From positions 1,561,714 through 1,593,713 of the forward strand of contig CAXYPO010000002.1 of assembly GCA_964290475.1 (NCBI GenBank): 32,000 bases of DNA, written 5' to 3'. Below are positions 9,424 to 18,877 of the stretch, piece after piece (the first letter of the stretch is position 1; each line of letters starts with the position of its first letter). The stretch is from Enterobacter bugandensis. GTDB lineage: Bacteria; Pseudomonadota; Gammaproteobacteria; Enterobacterales; Enterobacteriaceae. Position numbers and translations under genes: made by a program. The notes beneath the pieces are model-generated. The model was not told the DNA's origin. It did no database searches and worked only from the letters and a program-made list of their open reading frames with translations.

Positions 9424-10644
9424 ATGACATCAGGCGGACAAGCTCAAATTGGTAACGTTGACCTCGTTAAACAGCTGAACAGTGCGGCGGTGTACCGCCT
9501 GATCGATCAGCACGGGCCAATCTCCCGTATTCAGATTGCGGAACAGAGCCAGCTTGCCCCCGCCAGCGTAACCAAAATTACGCGTCAGCTTATAGAGCGC
9601 GGTTTGATCAAAGAAGTGGATCAGCAGGCCTCCACCGGCGGCCGCCGCGCTATCTCTATTATTACCGAAACCCGTAATTTCCAGGCCGTCGGGGTCCGTC
9701 TGGGTCGTCATGACACCACCCTCACCCTGTACGACATGAGCAGTAAAGCCATTGCGGAAGAGCACTATCCCCTGCCGGAACGCACTCAGGAGACGCTGGA
9801 ACACGCCCTGCTGAATACCATCGCCCTGTTTATCGAAACCCATCAACGGAAAATCCGCGAGCTGATCGCCATCTCGGTTATTTTACCCGGCCTTGTCGAT
9901 CCGGAGAGCGGTGTGATTCGCTACATGCCGCACATTCAGGTAGAGAACTGGGGCCTGGTGAAGGCGCTGGAGAAACGCTTTCACGTCACCTGCTTTGTCG
10001 GGCACGACATTCGTAGCCTGGCGCTGGCGGAGCACTACTTTGGTGCGAGCCAGGATTGCGAAGACTCCATCCTGGTGCGCGTGCATCGCGGTACGGGGGC
10101 GGGGATCATCTCCAACGGACGCATTTTCATTGGCCGCAACGGCAACGTGGGCGAGATTGGCCATATTCAGGTAGAGCCGCTGGGCGAGCGCTGCCACTGC
10201 GGCAATTTTGGCTGTCTTGAGACCGTGGCCGCCAACGCCGCCATCGAGCAGCGCGTCCGCCACCTGCTTGAGCAGGGTTATCAAAGCCGTATCCTTCTCG
10301 AAGAGTGTAAAATTACCGCCATCTGTAAAGCCGCCAATAAAGGCGATGCGCTGGCCTGCGAAGTGATCGAACAGGTCGGCCGCCACCTCGGTAAAACCAT
10401 CGCTATCGCCATCAACCTGTTTAACCCGCAAAAAGTGGTGATTGCCGGTGAGATCACCGAGGCCGAAAAAGTGCTGCTGCCCGCCATTGAAGGCTGCATT
10501 AATACCCAGGCGCTGAAGGCGTTTCGCCAGAACCTGCCGGTGGTGCGATCCACGCTGGATCACCGCTCCGCTATTGGCGCCTTTGCGCTGGTAAAACGCG
10601 CCATGCTTAACGGGATCCTGCTCCAGCGTTTGCTGGAAAGCTGA
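9424..10644 (+). CDS. nagC: N-acetylglucosamine repressor NagC (ROK family)
   Basis: 406 aa beginning MT.GGQAQIGNVDLVKQLNSAAVYRLID, with the ROK Cys motif (CHCGNFGCLE). Order within the nag operon is as expected. Confidence 0.97.
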   Translation: MTSGGQAQIGNVDLVKQLNSAAVYRLIDQHGPISRIQIAEQSQLAPASVTKITRQLIERGLIKEVDQQASTGGRRAISIITETRNFQAVGVRLGRHDTTLTLYDMSSKAIAEEHYPLPERTQETLEHALLNTIALFIETHQRKIRELIAISVILPGLVDPESGVIRYMPHIQVENWGLVKALEKRFHVTCFVGHDIRSLALAEHYFGASQDCEDSILVRVHRGTGAGIISNGRIFIGRNGNVGEIGHIQVEPLGERCHCGNFGCLETVAANAAIEQRVRHLLEQGYQSRILLEECKITAICKAANKGDALACEVIEQVGRHLGKTIAIAINLFNPQKVVIAGEITEAEKVLLPAIEGCINTQALKAFRQNLPVVRSTLDHRSAIGAFALVKRAMLNGILLQRLLES

Positions 10645-10688
10645 CGGAGTCTTATAGTTACGCCTTCTTTTTTAATGCCGGACAGCCC

Positions 10689-11441
10689 ATGACCATTAAG
10701 AACGTAATTTGTGATATCGACGGCGTGCTGATGCACGATAACGTTGCCGTGCCGGGCGCGGCGGCATTTCTTAACGGCATTATGGAAAAAGGAATGCCGC
10801 TGGTACTGCTGACCAACTTCCCCTCCCAGACCGGGCAGGATCTGGCTAACCGCTTTGCCACCGCGGGCGTGGACGTGCCGGCGAGCGTGTTCTACACCTC
10901 GGCGATGGCGACCGCCGACTTCCTGAAGCGCCAGGAGGGCAAAAAAGCCTACGTGGTGGGTGAAGGGGCGCTTATTCATGAGCTCTATAAAGCCGGATTT
11001 ACCATCACCGACGTCAACCCCGACTTTGTGATCGTGGGCGAGACGCGCTCCTATAACTGGGAGATGATGCATAAGGCTGCCTACTTCGTGGCCAACGGCG
11101 CCCGCTTTATCGCCACCAACCCGGACACCCACGGCCGCGGCTTCTATCCGGCCTGCGGCGCGCTGTGCGCCGGCATTGAAAAAATCTCTGGCCGCACGCC
11201 GTTCTACGTGGGTAAGCCCAGCCCGTGGATCATCCGTGCGGCGCTGAATACCATGCAGGCCCACTCGGAAGATACGGTCATCGTAGGCGATAACCTGCGT
11301 ACCGACATTCTCGCCGGATTCCAGGCGGGTCTGGAAACCATTCTGGTCCTCTCCGGGGTATCGACCATGGACGATATCGATACGATGCCGTTCCGGCCCA
11401 GCTGGATCTACCCTTCGGTGGCGGAAATCGACGTTCTGTAA
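10689..11441 (+). CDS. nagD: UMP phosphatase NagD (HAD superfamily)
   Basis: 250 aa with the HAD motif I DIDGV (MTIKNVICDIDGVLMHDN). It is the last gene of nagBACD. Confidence 0.95.
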   Translation: MTIKNVICDIDGVLMHDNVAVPGAAAFLNGIMEKGMPLVLLTNFPSQTGQDLANRFATAGVDVPASVFYTSAMATADFLKRQEGKKAYVVGEGALIHELYKAGFTITDVNPDFVIVGETRSYNWEMMHKAAYFVANGARFIATNPDTHGRGFYPACGALCAGIEKISGRTPFYVGKPSPWIIRAALNTMQAHSEDTVIVGDNLRTDILAGFQAGLETILVLSGVSTMDDIDTMPFRPSWIYPSVAEIDVL

Positions 11442-11445
11442 GCCG

Positions 11446-11472
11446 AAACCACGTCTCCGGACGTGGTTTTTT
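11446..11472 (+). terminator. Rho-independent terminator of the nagBACD operon
   Basis: aaaccacgtc-tccg-gacgtggttt is followed by a T-run, 5 nt after the nagD stop. Confidence 0.8.
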
Positions 11473-11691
11473 CATTTCTGCGGCCCCTGAATAGCTTCTC
11501 GTTTAATAAAAACCCATTTGAACTGAAAATTCATTAATAAATAACGCTACAACGTGCGCTATTTTCAACATTCCATAATGCCCATTGCGTTTTTTACGTT
11601 TTACCCGGCAAAAGCCTTGCCCGCTCTCCCCTTTTGCGGCATTTTCATAAGCAAGCAACATCACACTGCAACAGGGTTAACGGAGAAGGTT

Positions 11692-13356
11692 ATGTGTTCA
11701 ATTTTTGGCGTACTGGATATTAAAACTGACGCGGCCGAGCTGCGTAAAAAAGCACTGGAACTCTCTCGTCTGATGCGCCACCGCGGCCCGGACTGGTCCG
11801 GTGTATACGCCAGCGATAAAGCCATTCTGGCGCATGAACGTCTGTCCATCGTCGACGTCAACGCCGGCGCCCAGCCGCTCTATAACGACAAAAAAACCCA
11901 TGCGCTGGCCGTTAACGGTGAAATTTACAACCATCAGGCGCTGCGCGCCGAGTATGGCGACCGCTACAGCTTCCAGACCGGCTCGGACTGCGAAGTAATC
12001 CTTGCGCTGTATCAGGAGAAAGGCCCGGAATTCCTCGACGATCTGCAGGGCATGTTCGCCTTCGCCCTGTATGACAGCGAAAAAGACGCTTACCTGATTG
12101 GCCGCGACCATATCGGCATTATCCCGCTCTATATGGGCCACGATGAGCACGGTAACTTCTACGTTGCCTCTGAGATGAAGGCTCTGGTACCGGTGTGCCG
12201 CACCATTAAAGAGTTCCCGGCAGGCAGCTACCTCTGGAGCAAAGACGGCGAAATTCGCCAGTACTATCAGCGCGACTGGTTCGACTACGAGGCGGTGAAA
12301 GATAACGTTACCGACAAAGCTGAACTGCGTCAGGCGCTGGAAGATGCGGTGAAGAGCCACCTGATGTCCGACGTGCCTTATGGCGTGCTGCTCTCCGGTG
12401 GCCTGGACTCCTCCGTGATCTCGGCGATCACCAAAAAGTTCGCTGCCCGCCGCGTGGAAGATCAGGAGCGCTCAGAAGCCTGGTGGCCGCAGCTGCACTC
12501 ATTCGCCGTAGGTCTGGAAGGGGCGCCGGATCTGAAAGCCGCCCAGGAAGTGGCCAACCACCTCGGTACCGTGCACCATGAAATTCACTTCACCGTGCAG
12601 GAAGGGCTGGATGCGATCCGCGATGTGATTTACCACATTGAAACTTACGATGTGACCACCATCCGCGCCTCCACACCGATGTATTTAATGTCGCGTAAAA
12701 TCAAGGCGATGGGCATTAAAATGGTGCTCTCCGGCGAAGGTTCTGACGAAGTGTTCGGCGGCTACCTGTACTTCCATAAGGCGCCGGACGCCAAAGAGCT
12801 GCACGAAGAGACGGTGCGTAAACTGCAGGCGCTGCATATGTTTGACTGCGCCCGCGCCAACAAAGCGATGTCTGCCTGGGGTGTGGAAGCGCGCGTCCCC
12901 TTCCTGGATAAGCAATTCCTTGACGTGGCTATGCGTATCAACCCGCAGGACAAGATGTGCGGCAACGGCAAAATGGAAAAACATATCCTGCGCGAATGTT
13001 TCGAATCCTACCTGCCGGCGAGCGTGGCCTGGCGTCAGAAGGAGCAGTTCTCCGACGGCGTGGGTTATAGCTGGATCGATACCCTGAAAGAGGTGGCGGC
13101 GAAGCAGGTTTCTGACCAGCAGCTGGAAACCGCCAGCTTCCGCTTCCCGTATAACACGCCTGCATCGAAAGAGGCCTATCTGTACCGCGAGATCTTCGAA
13201 GAGCTGTTCCCGGTGCCAAGCGCAGCGGAGTGCGTGCCGGGCGGCCCGTCCGTGGCCTGCTCCTCGGCAAAAGCCATTGAATGGGACGAATCATTCAAAG
13301 CCATGAACGATCCGTCAGGACGCGCGGTGGGCGTTCACCAATCTGCTTATAAATGA
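11692..13356 (+). CDS. asnB: Asparagine synthetase B (glutamine-hydrolysing)
   Basis: Start at MCSIFGVLD (ATG 11692) supplies the catalytic Cys2 of class II amidotransferases and gives 554 aa, as in E. coli. The SGGLDSS PP-loop is present. The 46-codon extension in the ORF track is rejected. Confidence 0.97.
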   Translation: MCSIFGVLDIKTDAAELRKKALELSRLMRHRGPDWSGVYASDKAILAHERLSIVDVNAGAQPLYNDKKTHALAVNGEIYNHQALRAEYGDRYSFQTGSDCEVILALYQEKGPEFLDDLQGMFAFALYDSEKDAYLIGRDHIGIIPLYMGHDEHGNFYVASEMKALVPVCRTIKEFPAGSYLWSKDGEIRQYYQRDWFDYEAVKDNVTDKAELRQALEDAVKSHLMSDVPYGVLLSGGLDSSVISAITKKFAARRVEDQERSEAWWPQLHSFAVGLEGAPDLKAAQEVANHLGTVHHEIHFTVQEGLDAIRDVIYHIETYDVTTIRASTPMYLMSRKIKAMGIKMVLSGEGSDEVFGGYLYFHKAPDAKELHEETVRKLQALHMFDCARANKAMSAWGVEARVPFLDKQFLDVAMRINPQDKMCGNGKMEKHILRECFESYLPASVAWRQKEQFSDGVGYSWIDTLKEVAAKQVSDQQLETASFRFPYNTPASKEAYLYREIFEELFPVPSAAECVPGGPSVACSSAKAIEWDESFKAMNDPSGRAVGVHQSAYK

Positions 13357-13373
13357 TCCCATCAGCAGATATC

Positions 13374-13396
13374 AGGCCCTTCGGGGCCTTTTTTTT
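13374..13396 (+). terminator. Rho-independent terminator of asnB
   Basis: aggccc-ttcg-gggcct hairpin followed by T8. Confidence 0.85.
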
Positions 13397-13512
13397 GATC
13401 TGTTTTTGCCCGGATAAATTCGCTTAATAACCAATAATCGCCGAATATTCGGTCACGCTGTTCGCAACCTAACCAAACAGTCAGCTTATGCTTATTTTCG
13501 ATGAAAAAGGTG

Positions 13513-13541
13513 TTGACGCTGCAAGGGTCTATACGCATAAT
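13513..13541 (+). promoter_or_regulatory. Sigma70 promoter of the tRNA operon
   Basis: TTGACG (-35), a 17-nt spacer and CATAAT (-10) are followed by the GC-rich discriminator gcgccccgc typical of stringently controlled stable-RNA promoters. An A/T-rich UP-like tract lies upstream. Confidence 0.65.
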
Positions 13542-13579
13542 GCGCCCCGCAACGCCGATAAGGTAACGCGCAAAAAGAT

Positions 13580-13656
13580 GGCTACGTAGCTCAGCTGGTT
13601 AGAGCACATCACTCATAATGATGGGGTCACAGGTTCGAATCCCGTCGTAGCCACCA
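13580..13656 (+). tRNA. metT: tRNA-Met (CAU, elongator)
   Basis: The 77-nt sequence ggctacgtagctcag...ctcataatga...ggttcgaatcccgtcgtagccacca folds as a cloverleaf. It carries a CAT anticodon and an encoded CCA. Confidence 0.95.
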
Positions 13657-13664
13657 TCTTTTTT

Positions 13665-13749
13665 GCGGGAGTGGCGAAATTGGTAGACGCACCAGATTTA
13701 GGTTCTGGCGCCGCAAGGTGTGCGAGTTCAAGTCTCGCCTCCCGCACCA
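13665..13749 (+). tRNA. leuW: tRNA-Leu (UAG)
   Basis: The 85-nt class II tRNA gcgggagtggcgaaattggtagac...tttaggt...cgcctcccgcacca matches remembered E. coli leuW. Confidence 0.95.
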
Positions 13750-13772
13750 TTCCCGGATAAGCGTTGCACGGA

Positions 13773-13847
13773 TGGGGTATCGCCAAGCGGTAAGGCACCG
13801 GTTTTTGATACCGGCATTCCCTGGTTCGAATCCAGGTACCCCAGCCA
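13773..13847 (+). tRNA. glnU: tRNA-Gln (UUG)
   Basis: 75 nt, tggggtatcgccaagcggtaaggcaccggtttttgataccgg...ccccagcca, with anticodon TTG. Confidence 0.95.
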
Positions 13848-13878
13848 TATTTCTTCGATTTGCGGTTCTCCGCGGTAA

Positions 13879-13953
13879 TGGGGTATCGCCAAGCGGTAAG
13901 GCACCGGTTTTTGATACCGGCATTCCCTGGTTCGAATCCAGGTACCCCAGCCA
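13879..13953 (+). tRNA. glnW: tRNA-Gln (UUG), identical second copy
   Basis: Sequence identical to 13773..13847. Confidence 0.95.
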
Positions 13954-13969
13954 TCGAAGAGGCAGTACT

Positions 13970-14046
13970 GGCTACGTAGCTCAGCTGGTTAGAGCACATC
14001 ACTCATAATGATGGGGTCACAGGTTCGAATCCCGTCGTAGCCACCA
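13970..14046 (+). tRNA. metU: tRNA-Met (CAU, elongator), identical second copy
   Basis: Sequence identical to 13580..13656. Confidence 0.95.
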
Positions 14047-14091
14047 AATTCGGGTTTAATCGACTATTATCGGTAAACTCAAAAAAATTGT

Positions 14092-14166
14092 TGGGGTATC
14101 GCCAAGCGGTAAGGCACCGGATTCTGATTCCGGCATTCCGAGGTTCGAATCCTCGTACCCCAGCCA
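14092..14166 (+). tRNA. glnV: tRNA-Gln (CUG)
   Basis: 75 nt, tggggtatcgccaagcggtaaggcaccggattctgattccgg...cctcgtaccccagcca. It matches remembered E. coli tRNA-Gln2. Confidence 0.95.
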
Positions 14167-14202
14167 ATTTAAAAAGTCGTTGAACAGCTTGTTTAACGCA
14201 AT

Positions 14203-14277
14203 TGGGGTGTCGCCAAGCGGTAAGGCTCTGGTTTCTGATACCAGCATTCCGGGGTTCGAATCCCTGCACCCCAGCCA
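14203..14277 (+). tRNA. glnX: tRNA-Gln (CUG), divergent isodecoder
   Basis: 75 nt, tggggtgtcgccaagcggtaaggctctggtttctgataccagcattccggggttcgaatccctgcaccccagcca. Anticodon is CTG. All four stems still pair through compensatory changes relative to 14092..14166. Confidence 0.88.
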
Positions 14278-14286
14278 CTCAGTAAC

Positions 14287-14313
14287 AAAAAAGCCCGCTC
14301 TGCGGGCTTTTTT
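14287..14313. terminator. Bidirectional terminator shared by the tRNA operon and ubiF
   Basis: The run aaaaaa-gcccgc-tct-gcgggc-tttttt has A/T runs on both sides of a GC hairpin. It sits between the convergent glnX and ubiF. Confidence 0.85.
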
Positions 14314-14368
14314 GTTTTTGTACTTTGCTCTCTTCGGCCCTCTCCGGCAAAGAGAGGACCTGCGTCAG

Positions 14369-15550
14369 TCAAAGGCCTAAAGCATATTTCAGCGCCTGAC
14401 GTTTCAGTACACCGGCCCGCTGGGCCGCCATCAGACCGATATTGCGCACAATGCGCAGCGGCCCAAGGCTGTTGCTGAAGCCGGCATAAAAAAGATCCAT
14501 TCCCGACTGCATAACAAAGTTATCCGCCATGCGGCGCATCTGATAACGCTTGAGCACCTCCAGGCTTGCCCAGTCCTCACCCTGGCTACGGGCACTGCTG
14601 AGCACGTCAAGCAGCGCCTCAACGTCACGATAACCCAGATTAACGCCCTGCCCCGCCAGCGGATGAATGGTATGCGCCGCATCGCCCACCAGCGCCAGCC
14701 CCTCGCGGGTATACTGCAGCGCGTGACGTCGCGTCAGAGGGAAGCCGCCTGCCGCCACCGGCGTCACCTTGCCCAGACGGGCCGGGAAATGACGGGCGAT
14801 CTCATCCCCGAGCTGCTCCATGCTCATCCCCTGCAGTTGGCGAATACGCGCGGGGGAGTCATACCAGACCAGCGATGCCCAGCGGTCGAACAGCGGTAAA
14901 AAGGCGTGCGGCCCGTTCGGGGTGAAATGCTGCCAGGTACAATCTCCCGGTGCCTGTTCACACTCAACGGTTATCAGCATGCAGGATTGCTGATACGCCC
15001 AGGCGTGAATCCCGATCCCGGCAAGCTGGCGCACCTGCGAATTCGCGCCGTCCGCGCCAACCACCAGCTTAACCGCCAGCTCATCACCGTTATCAAGCGT
15101 AAGCAGAGGCTGCCCGTTATGACGATGCAGCGCGTTTACCGATGCGGGCAGCCGCAGGGTTACCCCAGGGTGCGCCTCCAGCGCCTGCCAGAGCGCCTGC
15201 TGTAGCACTGTGTTTTCCACCATATAGCCCAGCCGCGGCAGCTTCAGCTCGGCGGCATCGAAGGCCACCCGGGCGGTTTCCCACTCCCAGGTTTCAAGCC
15301 GACAGTAAGGGTGGGCACGCATCGCCAGCACTGACTCCCATACCCCCAGTCCGCGCAGTAAATCCACCGACGCGGCGCTGATGGCCGAAATACGTACATC
15401 TGGCTGGCTATCGGCATCAAAGGCCGGCGGTGCGGCCTTTTCAATCAGGGTGACGTCGAACCCGTGCTGCGCCAGCCCCAGCGCCAGCGCCCCGCCGACC
15501 ATACCGCCGCCGACAACGGCGGCCCCGGTTTGTTGGATAGTCATGGTCAA
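14369..15550 (-). CDS. ubiF: 2-octaprenyl-3-methyl-6-methoxy-1,4-benzoquinol hydroxylase
   Basis: 393 aa with an FAD fingerprint (VVGGGMVGGALALGLAQHGF) and the C-terminus GVLKRQALKYALGL, as in remembered E. coli UbiF. Confidence 0.95.
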   Translation of the reverse strand: MTMTIQQTGAAVVGGGMVGGALALGLAQHGFDVTLIEKAAPPAFDADSQPDVRISAISAASVDLLRGLGVWESVLAMRAHPYCRLETWEWETARVAFDAAELKLPRLGYMVENTVLQQALWQALEAHPGVTLRLPASVNALHRHNGQPLLTLDNGDELAVKLVVGADGANSQVRQLAGIGIHAWAYQQSCMLITVECEQAPGDCTWQHFTPNGPHAFLPLFDRWASLVWYDSPARIRQLQGMSMEQLGDEIARHFPARLGKVTPVAAGGFPLTRRHALQYTREGLALVGDAAHTIHPLAGQGVNLGYRDVEALLDVLSSARSQGEDWASLEVLKRYQMRRMADNFVMQSGMDLFYAGFSNSLGPLRIVRNIGLMAAQRAGVLKRQALKYALGL

Positions 15551-15680
15551 TTGTCCTTATTTGAGAATCCCTTAAGTTTACCGGATTTTTTTCCCTTGGG
15601 TGGGGGTAAGCTTCACACTGGTCACAACCGCACCAAAGCATTACAATACGCGCCCTGCAATCCTGAGCATGAGCATGCCG

Positions 15681-17111
15681 ATGACAAAAAAACTCCATAT
15701 AAAAACCTGGGGCTGTCAGATGAACGAATACGATTCATCAAAGATGGCCGATCTGCTGGATGCGACCCACGGATACCAGCTCACCGAGGTGGCGGAAGAG
15801 GCAGACGTGTTGCTGCTGAATACCTGCTCAATCCGTGAAAAGGCGCAGGAGAAAGTTTTCCACCAGCTGGGCCGCTGGAAATTGATCAAACAAAAAAGAC
15901 CTGACGTGATTATCGGCGTTGGCGGCTGCGTCGCCTCGCAGGAAGGCAAACTGATTCGCCAGCGCGCCCACTATGTCGATATTATTTTTGGTCCCCAGAC
16001 TCTGCACCGCTTGCCGGAGATGATTAACTCCGTGCGCGGCAGCGGTAACCGCAAGGCGATTATTGACGTCAGCTTCCCCGAGATCGAAAAATTTGACCGT
16101 CTGCCGGAGCCGCGCGCGGATGGCCCGACCGCGTTCGTCTCCATCATGGAAGGCTGCAATAAATACTGTACCTACTGCGTGGTGCCTTATACCCGCGGTG
16201 AAGAAGTGAGCCGTCCCTGCGACGATATTCTGTTTGAGATCGCCCAGCTTGCGGCTCAGGGCGTACGTGAAGTGAACCTCCTCGGCCAGAACGTGAACGC
16301 CTGGCGCGGCGAGAACTATGACGGTACTACCGGCTCCTTTGCTGAACTGCTGCGCCTGGTGGCGGCCATTGACGGTATTGACCGTATTCGCTTCACCACC
16401 AGCCATCCTATCGAATTCACAGATGACATCATCGATGTGTACCGCGATACCCCGGAGCTGGTGAGCTTCCTGCATCTGCCGATCCAGTGCGGCTCTGACC
16501 GCGTGCTCAATCTGATGGGCCGCACCCACACCGCGCTCGAATATAAAGCGATTATCCGCAAGCTACGTGAAGCGCGCCCGGATATTCAGATTAGCTCGGA
16601 CTTTATCGTCGGCTTCCCGGGCGAAACCGATGATGATTTTGAGCGTACGATGAAGGTCATTGGCGATGTGAATTTCGACGTGAGCTACAGCTTCATCTTC
16701 TCTGCCCGTCCGGGAACGCCTGCCGCCGATATGGTCGACGACGTGCCCGAAGAGGTGAAAAAGCAGCGTCTCTATATTTTGCAGGATCGCATCAACCAGC
16801 AGGCCAATGCCTGGAGCCGCCGGATGCTCGGTACCGTCCAGCGCGTGCTGGTCGAGGGCACCTCCCGTAAAAGCATCATGCAGCTGTCAGGCCGTACCGA
16901 GAACAACCGCGTGGTGAACTTTGAAGGGACGCCGGATATGATCGGTAAATTCGTGGATATTGAGATTGAGGAAGTGCTCACTAACTCCCTGCGCGGGAAA
17001 GTAGTTCGCACGGAAGATGAAATGGGTCTGCGCGTGGCACAAACCCCTGAGTCCGTCATCGCCCGTACCCGTAAAGAGAACGATTTGGGCGTGAGCGTTT
17101 ATCAGCCATAA
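15681..17111 (+). CDS. miaB: tRNA-i6A37 methylthiotransferase (radical SAM)
   Basis: Start at [19 protein letters not shown] (ATG 15681) gives 476 aa. The radical-[11 protein letters not shown] motif and a TRAM C-terminus are present. The ORF-track extension from 15600 is rejected. Confidence 0.96.
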   Translation: MTKKLHIKTWGCQMNEYDSSKMADLLDATHGYQLTEVAEEADVLLLNTCSIREKAQEKVFHQLGRWKLIKQKRPDVIIGVGGCVASQEGKLIRQRAHYVDIIFGPQTLHRLPEMINSVRGSGNRKAIIDVSFPEIEKFDRLPEPRADGPTAFVSIMEGCNKYCTYCVVPYTRGEEVSRPCDDILFEIAQLAAQGVREVNLLGQNVNAWRGENYDGTTGSFAELLRLVAAIDGIDRIRFTTSHPIEFTDDIIDVYRDTPELVSFLHLPIQCGSDRVLNLMGRTHTALEYKAIIRKLREARPDIQISSDFIVGFPGETDDDFERTMKVIGDVNFDVSYSFIFSARPGTPAADMVDDVPEEVKKQRLYILQDRINQQANAWSRRMLGTVQRVLVEGTSRKSIMQLSGRTENNRVVNFEGTPDMIGKFVDIEIEEVLTNSLRGKVVRTEDEMGLRVAQTPESVIARTRKENDLGVSVYQP

Positions 17112-17117
17112 ATCTTC

Positions 17118-17140
17118 AGGCCTGCCGCTGCGGCAGGCCT
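17118..17140 (+). terminator. GC-rich hairpin after miaB (weak terminator or processing structure)
   Basis: aggcctgccg-ctg-cggcaggcct is a perfect 10-bp stem. Only a poor T-tract (tgtatttcc) follows it. Confidence 0.4.
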
Positions 17141-17261
17141 TGTATTTCCTGCTCTCGCCCCCAATATCCTTCCCAATGCTTGCGCCTTTATTGTGTGGCG
17201 TGAATACTCTCATTGAAGACCCCCATTGCCTTTCGGCAAGCGAGACATTAAGAGGAACGGT

Positions 17262-18773
17262 TTGAATATAGATACGCGTGAAATTACCCTTGAGCCAGCA
17301 GACAACGCTCGCCTGCTGAGCCTCTGCGGGCCGTTTGATGACAACATCAAACAACTGGAGCGACGTCTGGGTATCGAGATCAACCGTCGCGATAATCACT
17401 TCAAACTCACCGGACGCGCCATTTGCGTCAACGCCGCAGCCGATATTCTGCACAGCCTGTATGTCGATACCGCGCCGATGCGCGGTCAAACGCAGGATAT
17501 CGAGCCGGAGCAGATCCATCTGGCGATCAAAGAGGCGCGCGTACTGGAACAGACTGCGGAAAGCGTTCCGGATTACGGCAAAGCCGTTAACATCAAGACC
17601 AAGCGTGGCGTGATCAAACCGCGCACCCCGAACCAGGCGCAGTACATCGCCAATATTCTGGACCACGACATCACCTTCGGCGTAGGCCCTGCGGGTACGG
17701 GTAAAACCTACCTTGCCGTTGCCGCCGCCGTTGACGCGCTGGAGCGCCAGGAGATCCGCCGTATTCTGCTCACCCGTCCTGCGGTAGAGGCGGGCGAGAA
17801 GCTCGGCTTCCTGCCCGGCGATCTGAGCCAGAAGGTAGACCCTTACCTGCGCCCACTGTATGACGCGCTCTTTGAGATGCTCGGGTTTGAAAAGGTCGAG
17901 AAGCTGATTGAACGCAACGTTATCGAGGTCGCCCCGCTGGCCTATATGCGCGGTCGTACCCTGAACGATGCCTTTATCATTCTGGATGAGAGCCAGAACA
18001 CCACCATCGAACAGATGAAGATGTTCCTGACCCGTATCGGCTTTAACTCGAAAGCGGTGATCACCGGCGATATTACCCAGATCGACCTGCCGCGCAGCAC
18101 CAAGTCGGGCCTGCGCCACGCCATTGAGGTGCTGGCAGAGGTTGATGAAATCAGCTTTAACTTCTTCCAGAGCGAAGACGTGGTGCGTCACCCGGTGGTT
18201 GCCCGCATCGTTAACGCCTATGAAGCCTGGGAAGAGACGGAACAGAAACGTAAAGCAGAACAGGCCGCGGAACGCAAACGCGAAGCCCAGGAGCATGAGC
18301 AAAAAATGAGTCAGGTGATCCTCGATTTACAGCTGGCCTGTGAAGATAACGCCGGTTTACCGGAAGAGAGCCAGTTCCAGACGTGGCTGAACGCGGTGAT
18401 CCCGCAGTTTCAGGAAGAGTCAGAAGTAACGATACGTCTGGTGGATGAGGCCGAAAGCCACGAGCTTAACCTGACCTATCGTGGGAAAGATAAGCCGACT
18501 AACGTGCTCTCTTTCCCGTTCGAAGCCCCGCCGGGTATTGAGCTGCCGCTGCTGGGCGACCTGATCATCTGCCGTCAGGTGGTTGAGCAGGAAGCCCAGG
18601 AGCAGCAAAAACCGCTTGAAGCACACTGGGCGCACATGGTGGTACACGGCAGCCTGCACCTGCTGGGTTATGACCATATCGAAGATGAAGAGGCTGAAGA
18701 GATGGAGTCCCTCGAGACAGAGATAATGCTTGCTCTGGGCTATGAGGATCCGTACATTGCCGAGAAAGAGTAG
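17262..18773 (+). CDS. ybeZ: PhoH-like ATPase YbeZ; the reading frame continues without a stop codon into ybeY
   Basis: TTG 17262 is preceded by the SD aagagga and gives (M)[18 protein letters not shown], as in E. coli YbeZ. Walker A GPAGTGKT is present. The YbeZ-homologous part ends near 18305 (..[10 protein letters not shown]). The next in-frame codon is the ybeY ATG, and the first stop in this frame is at 18771..18773. Confidence 0.85.
   Translation: MNIDTREITLEPADNARLLSLCGPFDDNIKQLERRLGIEINRRDNHFKLTGRAICVNAAADILHSLYVDTAPMRGQTQDIEPEQIHLAIKEARVLEQTAESVPDYGKAVNIKTKRGVIKPRTPNQAQYIANILDHDITFGVGPAGTGKTYLAVAAAVDALERQEIRRILLTRPAVEAGEKLGFLPGDLSQKVDPYLRPLYDALFEMLGFEKVEKLIERNVIEVAPLAYMRGRTLNDAFIILDESQNTTIEQMKMFLTRIGFNSKAVITGDITQIDLPRSTKSGLRHAIEVLAEVDEISFNFFQSEDVVRHPVVARIVNAYEAWEETEQKRKAEQAAERKREAQEHEQKMSQVILDLQLACEDNAGLPEESQFQTWLNAVIPQFQEESEVTIRLVDEAESHELNLTYRGKDKPTNVLSFPFEAPPGIELPLLGDLIICRQVVEQEAQEQQKPLEAHWAHMVVHGSLHLLGYDHIEDEEAEEMESLETEIMLALGYEDPYIAEKE
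18306..18773 (+). CDS. ybeY: Endoribonuclease YbeY (16S rRNA 3'-end maturation), with its own ATG and SD
   Basis: [15 protein letters not shown]... is 155 aa with the zinc motif [11 protein letters not shown]. An aggag sequence sits about 13 nt upstream of ATG 18306. It is in the same frame as ybeZ. Confidence 0.9.
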   Translation: MSQVILDLQLACEDNAGLPEESQFQTWLNAVIPQFQEESEVTIRLVDEAESHELNLTYRGKDKPTNVLSFPFEAPPGIELPLLGDLIICRQVVEQEAQEQQKPLEAHWAHMVVHGSLHLLGYDHIEDEEAEEMESLETEIMLALGYEDPYIAEKE

Positions 18774-18877
18774 TCTGTACGGCGGCCTGCCGCCGTATCG
18801 ACAATATGTGCCGTCGCGTCTGACGCCTGTCCGCAGCGGCAAACCTTAAATCAACAAGAGAACCCTTAACAAACGCC

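Noticed and set aside
11554-11691. N-terminal extensions offered by the ORF track: asnB from 11554, miaB from 15600, nagA from 8231, gltI from 21706, rihA from 25023 and ybeZ from 17226.
   Set aside because: The internal starts reproduce the remembered E. coli N-termini and lengths, and several have an SD at proper spacing. For asnB, the catalytic Cys must be residue 2.
13613-14278. Minus-strand ORFs of 129, 98, 91 and 63 aa and a 96-aa plus ORF, with repeated 'GFEPVTPSL / GFEPGNAGIKNRCLTAWRYP' peptides. The ~75-nt repeats with spacers superficially resemble a repeat-spacer array.
   Set aside because: The repeats are seven tRNA genes (Met, Leu, Gln x4, Met) that fold as cloverleaves with encoded CCA. 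The peptide repeats are translations of tRNA sequence. This is neither a CRISPR array nor protein-coding DNA.
18778-18797. Hairpin tacggcgg-cctg-ccgccgta after ybeY, considered as a terminator or REP element.
   Set aside because: No T-tract follows it, and corC is expected to be co-transcribed with ybeZY. It may be an mRNA-stabilising stem, but the support is insufficient to annotate it.
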